DNA from: Spirochaetales bacterium
Lineage (GTDB): Bacteria > Spirochaetota > Spirochaetia > Sphaerochaetales > Sphaerochaetaceae
Reading direction: 5' to 3'
DNA length: 32,587 nt
NCBI GenBank assembly: GCA_022771185.1
Contig: JALFCJ010000236.1
Span: 1 to 32,587, forward strand
Part shown: positions 8,610 through 16,772 of the stretch, piece by piece
Position numbering within the stretch: the stretch's first letter is position 1
Layout: every line of letters begins with the position of its first letter
Notes under the pieces: model-generated
What the model was told of the DNA's origin: nothing
The model's database searches: none
Seen by the model: only the letters and a program-made list of their open reading frames with translations
Translations under genes and position numbers: made by a program

Positions 8610-10082
8610 TTAGTTAAGGACAGTTGCAAGATACTCGCTGATCTTGTCGCCACCAGCCTTATTCCATTTCTCAACAAATTCATCGAAGTCAGAAATTGGT
8701 CTGATTCCTCTGATGATGTCTGTAGAATACTCTGTGTAAAGCTGATCCATAGCATCCTTAAGAGGCAAAAGATCCTCAGGGAGGATAACGTTTGTATCAG
8801 GAGCATAGTACTCATTTGCTGCATCCAAAGAATCAATTGCAGGCTGAGTAAGAACTTCACCAACAACCTTTGATGTATCAAGGCCATTCATTGTCGGCCA
8901 GAACTTAGCCCACCATGATGGGAAGCTGTCTGTAAGTACATACTTTCCGTCTTTAATGTTGTAGTGGATTCCTTCAAGTCCAAGTTTATCTAGGATTCTT
9001 CCCTCTTCTCCTGCCATATATTCAAGAACAGCCCAAGCTGCATCTTTGACTGAACTATCGGCATTAATTGCAAATCCTCTGGATTCCTTTGTAACATCTA
9101 TGCTCTGGTATGCCCAGCTCTCTCCTTTTGCAGGAGGAAGGACGACAAGCTCCTGACCTTGAGTCTGGATCATCTTGTTGTTGTAGACGTTAATTACGTC
9201 CCCAGCTGTTCCAGAAACCCATCCTGCTTCGCCTTCATAGAATGCCTGTTCCATTGTATCCCATGCCTTTGTGACATATTCGTTATCCAAGAGTCCGTCA
9301 GCATATAGCTTGTGGTAGAATGCAAGCTTGTTTTTCTCCATCTCTGTCGCACAGGAATATACCCACTTTCCATCAACTTTCATAATTGTAGCTGTAACGC
9401 CGAAAGCATGGTTGAATACAGAATCGAGTTTAAGGATTGTTCCGTCTGTAGTAATAGGCCACTTGCAGATTCCTTTGTCTTTCATTTCCTTAAAAAGAGC
9501 ATAGTAGTTGTCTACAGTAGGATTCTCCATCAGTGCCTTTGAAGACTCGAGGGAATTAAACCAATCTTCTCTCATTACAGGAATCTGTACTCTTGCAGGA
9601 GCAAGCCACAAAAGATATGGATAATTGGTTACTTTAGCTCTTGAGTGACCTTCGAGAATATTTTGCACATTCTCGCTTGACTCAATATAAGGTGTAAGAT
9701 CTTCCAAAAGTCCTTCCTGTGCAATAGGCTGGTCACCGCCCTGGAAATAGATGATATCAGGGGAAATCTGACCTGTTCTGAATGCAATTGGAACTACAGA
9801 CTTATAAGAACCTGTCGGAGCTGAAAGAATAACGAGATCGATGTACTTGCCCTCCTTCGCAAGTCCCTCCTCGATAGCCTTCTCAAGAATACCAAGCTGC
9901 TCGGCATCAGTGATCGGGTCTACGTCTTTGCAAAGATAAGTGACCTCTACAGGTTTATCTGGCGTTCCGATTCCATCGGAAGATTGAGCAGAAACCTTGT
10001 CGGCCTCCTCCTTTGCACCGTTGGCGAAAACAAGCGCAAGGCTTGCAAGAAGCACTGTCATAAACACCAATGTCTTCTTCAT
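8610..10082 (-). CDS. Extracellular solute-binding protein of a carbohydrate-type ABC importer
   Basis: 490-aa ORF. It has the signal peptide MKKTLVFMTVLLASLALVFANGAKEE and the size and composition of large family-1 sugar SBPs. It lies directly downstream of two MalF/MalG-type permease genes. Confidence 0.75.
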   Translation of the reverse strand: MKKTLVFMTVLLASLALVFANGAKEEADKVSAQSSDGIGTPDKPVEVTYLCKDVDPITDAEQLGILEKAIEEGLAKEGKYIDLVILSAPTGSYKSVVPIAFRTGQISPDIIYFQGGDQPIAQEGLLEDLTPYIESSENVQNILEGHSRAKVTNYPYLLWLAPARVQIPVMREDWFNSLESSKALMENPTVDNYYALFKEMKDKGICKWPITTDGTILKLDSVFNHAFGVTATIMKVDGKWVYSCATEMEKNKLAFYHKLYADGLLDNEYVTKAWDTMEQAFYEGEAGWVSGTAGDVINVYNNKMIQTQGQELVVLPPAKGESWAYQSIDVTKESRGFAINADSSVKDAAWAVLEYMAGEEGRILDKLGLEGIHYNIKDGKYVLTDSFPSWWAKFWPTMNGLDTSKVVGEVLTQPAIDSLDAANEYYAPDTNVILPEDLLPLKDAMDQLYTEYSTDIIRGIRPISDFDEFVEKWNKAGGDKISEYLATVLN

Positions 10083-10100
10083 AGTTTACCTCCTTTTTTA

Positions 10101-10991
10101 TTACTCTTTAATTCCACCCGCAAGAGCATCCTTGGCGTAGAACTTAAGTACAAATGGATAAAGAATTAGAATAGGAATAATTGCAACCATGATAGTTGCA
10201 CCCTTTAGTGCAGCATAATCGGCCCTTGCTATTGCGTTATAGTCGAATAGAGCCTGCTGACCTAGTATAGAAACAGTGTCTCCAAGAACAACAAATTGTC
10301 TTAAAATCACCTGCAAGACTGAATCTGTGCTCTTTCTTGTAAGATAGATTGTCGCTCTAAAATACTCATTCCATCTCACTACGGCATAAAACATAGTAAT
10401 TGTAGCCACCCCTGATTTGGCAAGAGGAAGGTAAATACTAGTAAGGCTCCTCATGTTGCCACATCCATCGATTACCGATGCCTCCACAATTGACTGGGGA
10501 ACAGCTTCAAAGTAACGCATCATAATAATCAAGTAGTAGACGTTGACTGCAGTGGCTAAGATTACAGCCCATTTACTTCCCATCAACCCTATTTTCTGCA
10601 CAACAAGATACTCTGGAACTGTTCCCGGATCAAAAAGCATCATGATAATGAAGAACACCATTAATGGACGCTTAAGAGTAAGCTTTGGTCTAGTAAGGAC
10701 ATAAGCGGCGGTTGTTGTAAGAAGAATATTAATAAAAGTTCCAACTACAGTAATAATGACACTGTTAATGATCGCTGGAACCAAGACAGGATGAGAGAAC
10801 ACAATCTTGTAGTTAAAGAGATCAAAATCTTTTGGAATTATCCTAAGTCCAGACATACTCCTTGAAGATTCAGGAGAAGAAAAGGATTTTGCAGCAATAT
10901 TCATGATCGGGATAATCATGGTGAGAGTGAGGATAATCATCATTATCGCCATGATAAACTGACTTATCGAAAATCTCTTTTTCATTACCAT
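10101..10991 (-). CDS. Carbohydrate ABC transporter permease (MalG-like)
   Basis: 296-aa ORF, polytopic, with an EAA-loop-like segment EASVIDGCGNMRSLTSIYLPLAKSG. Confidence 0.8.
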   Translation of the reverse strand: MVMKKRFSISQFIMAIMMIILTLTMIIPIMNIAAKSFSSPESSRSMSGLRIIPKDFDLFNYKIVFSHPVLVPAIINSVIITVVGTFINILLTTTAAYVLTRPKLTLKRPLMVFFIIMMLFDPGTVPEYLVVQKIGLMGSKWAVILATAVNVYYLIIMMRYFEAVPQSIVEASVIDGCGNMRSLTSIYLPLAKSGVATITMFYAVVRWNEYFRATIYLTRKSTDSVLQVILRQFVVLGDTVSILGQQALFDYNAIARADYAALKGATIMVAIIPILILYPFVLKFYAKDALAGGIKE

Positions 10992-11908
10992 ACCCCTTTT
11001 CCTGTAAGTTTCTTAGAAATAATGTGGGTTCCAAGAACCAAGAGCATTCCCACAACTCCCTTAATAAGACTTACGGCTGTTGCAAGAGAATACTGACCTC
11101 CTTCTATACCTATTCTGTAAATGTAAGTATCGAGAATATCGATTCGTGACTGTACTGCAGCATTAGAGAAGTTAAACACTTGGTCAAAGCCTGCATTTAA
11201 GAAGAAACCCAAATTCAGAATGAACATAGTGACTGCAGGTGTAATGAGAGCAGGGAGAACTATATATCGAATAATCTGCAGTTTTCCTGCTCCATCGATT
11301 CTTGCCGCTTCATAAAGAGACTGATCAATTGCAATAATTGTAGTATAGAAGATTATTGAATCCCAACCGAGACTCCTCCACCCTTCACAAATCATCAAAA
11401 TCCATCGGATCTTACTCTTATCTGTCATAAAGTCGATACTCTTCATTCCAAATATAGACAGTACCTGATTTAGTCCTCCCTCTAAAGAAAGAGCGTTAAT
11501 CCAGATACCTGCAATTACGACCCAAGATAGAAAGTGAGGAAGGTAAGAGACTACTTGAACATACTTTCTAAAACCATTACTTCTTATTTCACTGAGAATT
11601 ATTGCAAATATAATAAAGAAAGGGAAAAGAAGAATGTACTTCAGGAAACTTATCACAAGTGTATTCTTCATAATCTGTTCAAATCCAGGAGATGAGAATA
11701 TCATCTTGAAATACTTAAAGCCTACAAAGGGCCAATCTCCCTTCGCCTTAAACTGGAAGAAGGCAAGGCGCATATTGATAATAGGCCAACATCTGAAGAT
11801 AATGAAATAAATAAGAGTCGGAAGGAGCATTAGATAAAGAAGCTTCTCGTTCTTCAGTCTATTCCAAAGGCTTCTATTTACTGGTCTTTCTACTTCATTT
11901 TTCTTCAT
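10985..11908 (-). CDS. Carbohydrate ABC transporter permease (MalF/LplB-like)
   Basis: 307-aa ORF, polytopic, with the EAA loop EAARIDGAGKLQIIRYIVLPAL. It overlaps the next permease gene by 7 nt. Confidence 0.8.
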   Translation of the reverse strand: MKKNEVERPVNRSLWNRLKNEKLLYLMLLPTLIYFIIFRCWPIINMRLAFFQFKAKGDWPFVGFKYFKMIFSSPGFEQIMKNTLVISFLKYILLFPFFIIFAIILSEIRSNGFRKYVQVVSYLPHFLSWVVIAGIWINALSLEGGLNQVLSIFGMKSIDFMTDKSKIRWILMICEGWRSLGWDSIIFYTTIIAIDQSLYEAARIDGAGKLQIIRYIVLPALITPAVTMFILNLGFFLNAGFDQVFNFSNAAVQSRIDILDTYIYRIGIEGGQYSLATAVSLIKGVVGMLLVLGTHIISKKLTGKGVW

Positions 11909-11927
11909 ACAATCTCCCTTACCTTTA

Positions 11928-12239
11928 TTACGGAATTAAAATCTCCATCAAAGGTCCATGTTGCTGAGCCCCATATACATCTCTGTCACCTATTGTTCCT
12001 GAGGAAATACTCCTCTCATAAGTAATCTTTACCCCAAGGGCGGAATCGAAGAACACGATGTCCAACAGCTGTCCCGGCGATAAATGATATGCCTTTTCAA
12101 TAGTCTCTTTATTTATAACGCCACTTTCCTTGACCCTTCTGTAATTTTTCTCTTCAGAAAAAAGAACATCTAGAGTAATGAGGAAAGGACCACTGTTTTT
12201 ACTTCTGATCATTTTTGCTAAATCAACTAATCTTTCCAT
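11928..12239 (-). CDS. DUF4387-family protein
   Basis: 103-aa ORF. IRSKNSGPFLITLDVLF and DRDVYGAQQHGPL match my recollection of the DUF4387 family, which normally sits just downstream of AtuA/DUF1446 genes, as it does here. Confidence 0.65.
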   Translation of the reverse strand: MERLVDLAKMIRSKNSGPFLITLDVLFSEEKNYRRVKESGVINKETIEKAYHLSPGQLLDIVFFDSALGVKITYERSISSGTIGDRDVYGAQQHGPLMEILIP

Positions 12240-12242
12240 TTC

Positions 12243-13613
12243 TTACCTCGCATGCCATTCTTCAATAGGGAAAAAAGCGAGAGGAGAGTCTACTTTCATC
12301 AAATGATAGACAGAAAACTCATAGACAGCTCCAAACTCCACGTCACTAGGAGCATAAGGGAACGCCAGATTCCCAGCTGTAGACTTTCTTCCTTCATATC
12401 CATAGTGCATGAATGTAGAACGAAGAGAAGCACATAGGGCAGATGCCATTTCTTGCGTAGAAGCTAATACTTCAAAGAGTACACAGACTTCATGAGGGAC
12501 ATCTTTCAATGGTTCCAGTTCTCCCATGACTCCGTCAATTCCATAGTTAAAGAAGTTGATTGTATATAAAGACGGATCTATTTCGCTGTACTGCTCTCTG
12601 ACGCTCTCTTCTACCAACACCTCCACTTCCTTGATTTTTCTTATGAGAAGAGGATCCCTTACTCCTGCAACAACAAATGTTCTATATGCAACTTTTCTTG
12701 CTCCTTCAAGCTTGATCCAATAACCATCGCTAGGTTTAATCGCACTTCCTTGGACTCTGATTCGATTCTTATCTACTTCCTTAAATGTACACATGGAAAG
12801 ATCCATTACACATCCCGGTCCATGAAGAATATATGGATGATCCTTCTCATAGAAAGTATGGGCGGCGACACTAAGGGTAGTACATTTTCGAGTTTGAGAC
12901 GTTGGGTAAACATCAAAGTAATCGTCACCTAAGACTCCCATCATGCAGTCCTTGGTTGTCCCTGGATCACAAGAGAGGGCTCCACACTCCAAAACTTTCC
13001 CCAAATGATAACTCAAAGCCAAATCATGTCCCTTGAAAACTCCAAGAGCAGCAAAAGGAGCGGGATCATAGGCTCTTCCTACAATAAGAAGCTGATACCC
13101 TTCCTCTAGGGCTTTAAGAATTGGTTCATATCCCATTTGGGCAACGACACCAGTTGTCTGCATGAGTTTCTCTTTTGTTAAAGGTGGAATATTTTCACCC
13201 ATAGGGATGACATGACCCTTATCCATGGCATCCACTATTGCTTTATCAGGGATGTCCGCCCAAATGACAGCTGTCTTGACGCTAGGCCAGTTCTCTTCAA
13301 TAAACAGCTCCTGGACAATGGAAAGAGTCCACTCAACATGCTCTTTTCCTCCGCTTCCACCAGCAGAGCTGATTATCACGGGGATTCTTTTCTCAATTCC
13401 ACCGCCAATAATGCGCTTAAGATCCTTCTTTGCCGCCATTCTGCTTACAATGGCTGTTTTGGCGCCAAGCTTATGGGGACCTGCATCTGTACTCCCGGCA
13501 TCTACGATTATTGCATCGGGATTATCATCAAGACCTCTTCTAAAGGAAGTGTCTGGAAATCCGTACCCTAAAATCCCACAGGGAGCAAGTATTTTTGTTT
13601 CCTTTAAAATCAC
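12243..13613 (-). CDS. AtuA-like (DUF1446, 'acyclic terpene utilisation') family protein
   Basis: 456-aa ORF. Its GTG start overlaps the lacI-family stop (GTGA). The assignment rests on size, the N-terminal GILGYGFP...DAIIVDAGSTDAGP segment and pairing with DUF4387. The family's function is unknown. Confidence 0.55.
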   Translation of the reverse strand: MILKETKILAPCGILGYGFPDTSFRRGLDDNPDAIIVDAGSTDAGPHKLGAKTAIVSRMAAKKDLKRIIGGGIEKRIPVIISSAGGSGGKEHVEWTLSIVQELFIEENWPSVKTAVIWADIPDKAIVDAMDKGHVIPMGENIPPLTKEKLMQTTGVVAQMGYEPILKALEEGYQLLIVGRAYDPAPFAALGVFKGHDLALSYHLGKVLECGALSCDPGTTKDCMMGVLGDDYFDVYPTSQTRKCTTLSVAAHTFYEKDHPYILHGPGCVMDLSMCTFKEVDKNRIRVQGSAIKPSDGYWIKLEGARKVAYRTFVVAGVRDPLLIRKIKEVEVLVEESVREQYSEIDPSLYTINFFNYGIDGVMGELEPLKDVPHEVCVLFEVLASTQEMASALCASLRSTFMHYGYEGRKSTAGNLAFPYAPSDVEFGAVYEFSVYHLMKVDSPLAFFPIEEWHAR

Positions 13614-14614
13614 AGTTTTTCTCCTTTTACAGACTCTCGCTCAATCAAAAGAGAATCCAATAGAGTTCTCTCTGGAACTGTCTTACCATCAATCATTTCA
13701 AGTATTCTCTCTGCAGCTATTGCTCCTATTTCACTTTTCGGCTTTTGGAGAGTAGTTATTCCGGGACTCATAAGTCCCACCAAAGGAATATCATCAAACC
13801 CAACAAGAGAAACATCGTCTGGTACTACTACATCGTCATCTCTGGCACTCTTAGTAAAACCTACAGCCACAAGATCATTTCCAGTAAGAATGACAGAAGG
13901 CTTTTCATCCATATCTCTCCATATTGAGAAAAGTTTTTTTCCTCCTTCAATAGAAAGAGGAATATTAATGACCCATTTTTCATTAATATCTATATTCTTC
14001 TCTTTCATCCAATCGCAATAAGCTCTGTACTTCGTGCTGTTCTTCGTCCCTTCACTATCGAAGGATGCAGATAATACTATTCCTATTCTTTTATGTCCCT
14101 TGCTCCACACATAATCCAAAGCCTTTCTTATTGCTTTGTAAGAGTCGGTTCCTACAATAGGGAAAGGAAGTTTTTGACTTCTTTCTCCCAGAACTACTAT
14201 AGGGGTATCCACCATCTTAGATACCTTCTCCATATCCATGTCCGGAGCATTGACCATCACAGCATCGACTTTGTGCTCCATTGCAAGCTGAAGGTATCTT
14301 TCTTCTCTGTCCTTCTGCCAATCGGAATTGGCAACCATCAAAGAGTAACCTTTTTTATCCAAAACAATTTGAGCTCCTCTTGATACTTCAGACCAGAAGT
14401 TGTTTGTTATGTCAGGAATAATTAAGAGAACCGTCTTCGATTTTCTTGTGCGCATCGATGAAGCCACGCTATTCTTTACAAAATTAAGCTCCTCCACAGC
14501 CTTCATGACAGCATCTCTACTCTCTTTGCTCACATTCCCTTCACCTGCAAGAACTCTGCTTACAGTACTTTTTGAAACATTTGCTCTCTTTGCTACATCG
14601 ATAATTGTGGGCAA
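13610..14614 (-). CDS. LacI-family transcriptional regulator
   Basis: 334-aa ORF with a TTG start preceded by AGGAG. It has an N-terminal HTH (TIIDVAKRANVSKSTVSRVL) and a periplasmic-binding-protein-like effector domain. It is the first gene of the operon. Confidence 0.9.
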   Translation of the reverse strand: MPTIIDVAKRANVSKSTVSRVLAGEGNVSKESRDAVMKAVEELNFVKNSVASSMRTRKSKTVLLIIPDITNNFWSEVSRGAQIVLDKKGYSLMVANSDWQKDREERYLQLAMEHKVDAVMVNAPDMDMEKVSKMVDTPIVVLGERSQKLPFPIVGTDSYKAIRKALDYVWSKGHKRIGIVLSASFDSEGTKNSTKYRAYCDWMKEKNIDINEKWVINIPLSIEGGKKLFSIWRDMDEKPSVILTGNDLVAVGFTKSARDDDVVVPDDVSLVGFDDIPLVGLMSPGITTLQKPKSEIGAIAAERILEMIDGKTVPERTLLDSLLIERESVKGEKL

Positions 14615-14632
14615 CTAATACTCCTATGGGAA

Positions 14633-14648
14633 CTGGGAACGTTCCCAG
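14633..14648. promoter_or_regulatory. LacI-family operator (perfect 16-bp palindrome)
   Basis: CTGGGAACGTTCCCAG fits the LacI/CcpA-type pattern TGnnAnCGnTnnCA. It lies 19 nt upstream of the regulator's start codon and just downstream of the predicted -10 box. Confidence 0.7.
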
Positions 14649-14653
14649 TATCT

Positions 14654-14681
14654 ATTTTAACTCATTATGCCCATTTTGCAA
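14654..14681 (-). promoter_or_regulatory. Putative sigma70 promoter of the LacI-controlled operon
   Basis: The minus strand has TTGCAA (14681-14676), a 16-nt spacer and TAAAAT (14659-14654). The operator starts about 6 nt downstream of the -10 box. Confidence 0.5.
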
Positions 14682-14775
14682 GTTTTTCTTATGGCTTTTG
14701 TCTTTTCCATCGTAATCGTAATTGAAGCCCCTACCCCATTCTGTCGAGGTAGCTGGCTATAGATTCGGATTTATA

Positions 14776-15552
14776 TTATACGAAAGTCCAAAAGTGTCGG
14801 ATATTCATATCCTTTGGGATTTTTTCCCCATGATTGCCAAGTAAACCCAACCATTTATGGCATCCATGGTCAGGTGCAAACGCAATGGCTGTGGAGTGAT
14901 TCTTCCACTTCTCTTTTACTCTCTCGATTAGTATCGAATATATTTCGATATTCTCTTTCAGAGCCATCAGACTTCTTTTTCCTTCAGGGGAGAAACGATG
15001 CATATAATAGTCGTAATCCCCATTATAGAGAACGATTAAGTCATAATGGTCTTCATCTATTAGAGAGAAAGCCTTCTCGTTACACTCCTCCTTCGTCTTA
15101 TAGATAAAGTAATCTATGTTCCTCTCAAGAAAGATTTTCGAGATAGAATCGCCTTCTGTGGATACTATTGCGCACTTTTTCCCATTCTCCGATAAACAAT
15201 CGAAAACTGTCCTACACTTTAGTATCGGCTTCACATATTCCCTTATCCCATGTTTCTCTGGAAGAAGCCCCGAATACATGGATGCAAAACATACAGGAGT
15301 AACAGGAGGCACCATTGACAGCATCTCAAGGTTAAGGTCAATCTTATTGAGTACAGGTGCAAACAAGTCTCTATGTGCTTCATATATCCACTCTGCAACA
15401 GCATCAGGATTATACATTATGACTCTGTCGCACTTTCTCTCCTTTGTAACCATCTCTATTTCATTTGTCATCTCTTTTTCTTTCTCTACTCCCAATAGAG
15501 AAAGAATAGTAGACGCTACTCTTTCGATTGATACTTCATTCAGTCCGTTCAT
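14776..15552 (-). CDS. Alkaline-phosphatase-superfamily protein (nucleotide pyrophosphatase/phosphodiesterase-like)
   Basis: Motifs recalled for the AP superfamily: a nucleophile region PPVTPVCFASMYSGLLPEKHGI, then NGDYDYYMHRFSPEG, APDHG and GNHG. I prefer the ATG at 15552 (stop TGA, one nt, then ATG relative to the permease gene). The ORF track's longer start at 15603 would overlap the permease gene by 50 nt. Confidence 0.55.
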   Translation of the reverse strand: MNGLNEVSIERVASTILSLLGVEKEKEMTNEIEMVTKERKCDRVIMYNPDAVAEWIYEAHRDLFAPVLNKIDLNLEMLSMVPPVTPVCFASMYSGLLPEKHGIREYVKPILKCRTVFDCLSENGKKCAIVSTEGDSISKIFLERNIDYFIYKTKEECNEKAFSLIDEDHYDLIVLYNGDYDYYMHRFSPEGKRSLMALKENIEIYSILIERVKEKWKNHSTAIAFAPDHGCHKWLGLLGNHGEKIPKDMNIRHFWTFV

Positions 15553-15553
15553 A

Positions 15554-16711
15554 TCAAACAACCTTAATAAGGGATCCGACAGTAGATGCCAATGATCCGA
15601 CAACTACTATTATTTGGAAAGGAAGAGTGCCGAAGAAAGAGCAAATCGGACTACCTCCAGTCCTCTTTCTAGAAATATGATAAGCAAGAATGACACCTAG
15701 GCCTGTTATGACCTGGATGACTCCTGCAATTCTAGTAAACCCTACAAAGCCCTCCAACCCTAAAAGAGCCAAAATAAGACAAGGAAGGGTGGCTAGGATC
15801 CAGCTCTTCTTTCTTGAGAGACCTGTCTTTTCCGATACTATATCCCTTAAATTCAGTGAATTGGCCCAGAAAGAAGTTGAAAGAGCAAGAAGAGAGAATA
15901 TATATCCGACTACTCCTACCCAGCCCCCGAGTTTTCTCGAGAGATCAACCAAGGCTCCGTCCTGAGTAATTGAGCTGCCGCTGCCAATAAGGGTCATGAA
16001 AGTAATGACGACAATAAGTACGACGTTAAGCCCTGTTCCTGCAGCAATGGAACTCTTTATTTTCTTTGGATCTCCATGGAAACCCTTTACTACTTGAGGT
16101 ACGCTCATTACAGCAGATAAAGCAAAGGCGACCATTCCATAAAGAGCAAGAATATTTGATGGGGCTACAAAATGGGAAGGAAGAGATTCTTTGTCCCCAG
16201 TCATGACCGAAATGAAAAGAATCAATACGACCACCACCATTGAAAACACAGATATCTTCTCGCATATCCCCACCGCCTTCATTCCTGCATATACCACCAC
16301 GGAACAAAGAGCAAAATATAACAATTGGGAAAACCACACAGGAAGGCCAAACCACGAAGAAAACACCGCGCCTCCACCACTTATGAATCCAGCGATATTC
16401 ACAAGTACAGAGAAGCCCATGATGGCGAAAGCACCCCAAGAAAGATACTTTCCTACCTTCCCTTTAAAGAGTTCATTCTCGAATATTGTAATAAATTGGC
16501 CTCCTCCATTATTGAGGCTCAATTCTGCTATCATATAGTGGAGAACTAGATTCACTAGGTATGCTGCAACAATAATGAACACAAAACTCTGCCAGCTGTT
16601 TCTCGACGCTAAATATGGGACAGCCAATACGCCAGAGCCTACTCCATGACCGACTATTATGCCCGCACCTTCCCAAAAAGTAAGAGAAGCTTCAGATTTT
16701 ACTTTATTCAT
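15554..16711 (-). CDS. Amino-acid permease (aromatic amino acid / Trp-Tyr permease-like family)
   Basis: Polytopic membrane protein of about 11 predicted TM helices, starting FWEGAGIIVGHGVGSGVLAVPYLA. I prefer the ATG at 16711, which is preceded by GGGGAGAG. The track ORF start at 16819 adds 36 non-membrane residues and overlaps the divergent gene. Confidence 0.65.
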   Translation of the reverse strand: MNKVKSEASLTFWEGAGIIVGHGVGSGVLAVPYLASRNSWQSFVFIIVAAYLVNLVLHYMIAELSLNNGGGQFITIFENELFKGKVGKYLSWGAFAIMGFSVLVNIAGFISGGGAVFSSWFGLPVWFSQLLYFALCSVVVYAGMKAVGICEKISVFSMVVVVLILFISVMTGDKESLPSHFVAPSNILALYGMVAFALSAVMSVPQVVKGFHGDPKKIKSSIAAGTGLNVVLIVVITFMTLIGSGSSITQDGALVDLSRKLGGWVGVVGYIFSLLALSTSFWANSLNLRDIVSEKTGLSRKKSWILATLPCLILALLGLEGFVGFTRIAGVIQVITGLGVILAYHISRKRTGGSPICSFFGTLPFQIIVVVGSLASTVGSLIKVV

Positions 16712-16772
16712 ACACCTATTCTCTCCCCTTAACTCTTTCCCTGCAAGGCTAAATAGAGTTACCTTTTGGATT

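Noticed and set aside
13225-13755. 176-aa and 119-aa plus-strand ORFs across the AtuA/LacI junction
   Set aside because: They are antisense to two strongly supported genes, have no RBS and show no recognisable motifs.
15116-15595. 159-aa plus-strand ORF (also 14814-15107, 15690-15965, 16191-16549 and 16026-16439)
   Set aside because: These are shadow ORFs, antisense or out of frame relative to the AP-superfamily and permease genes.
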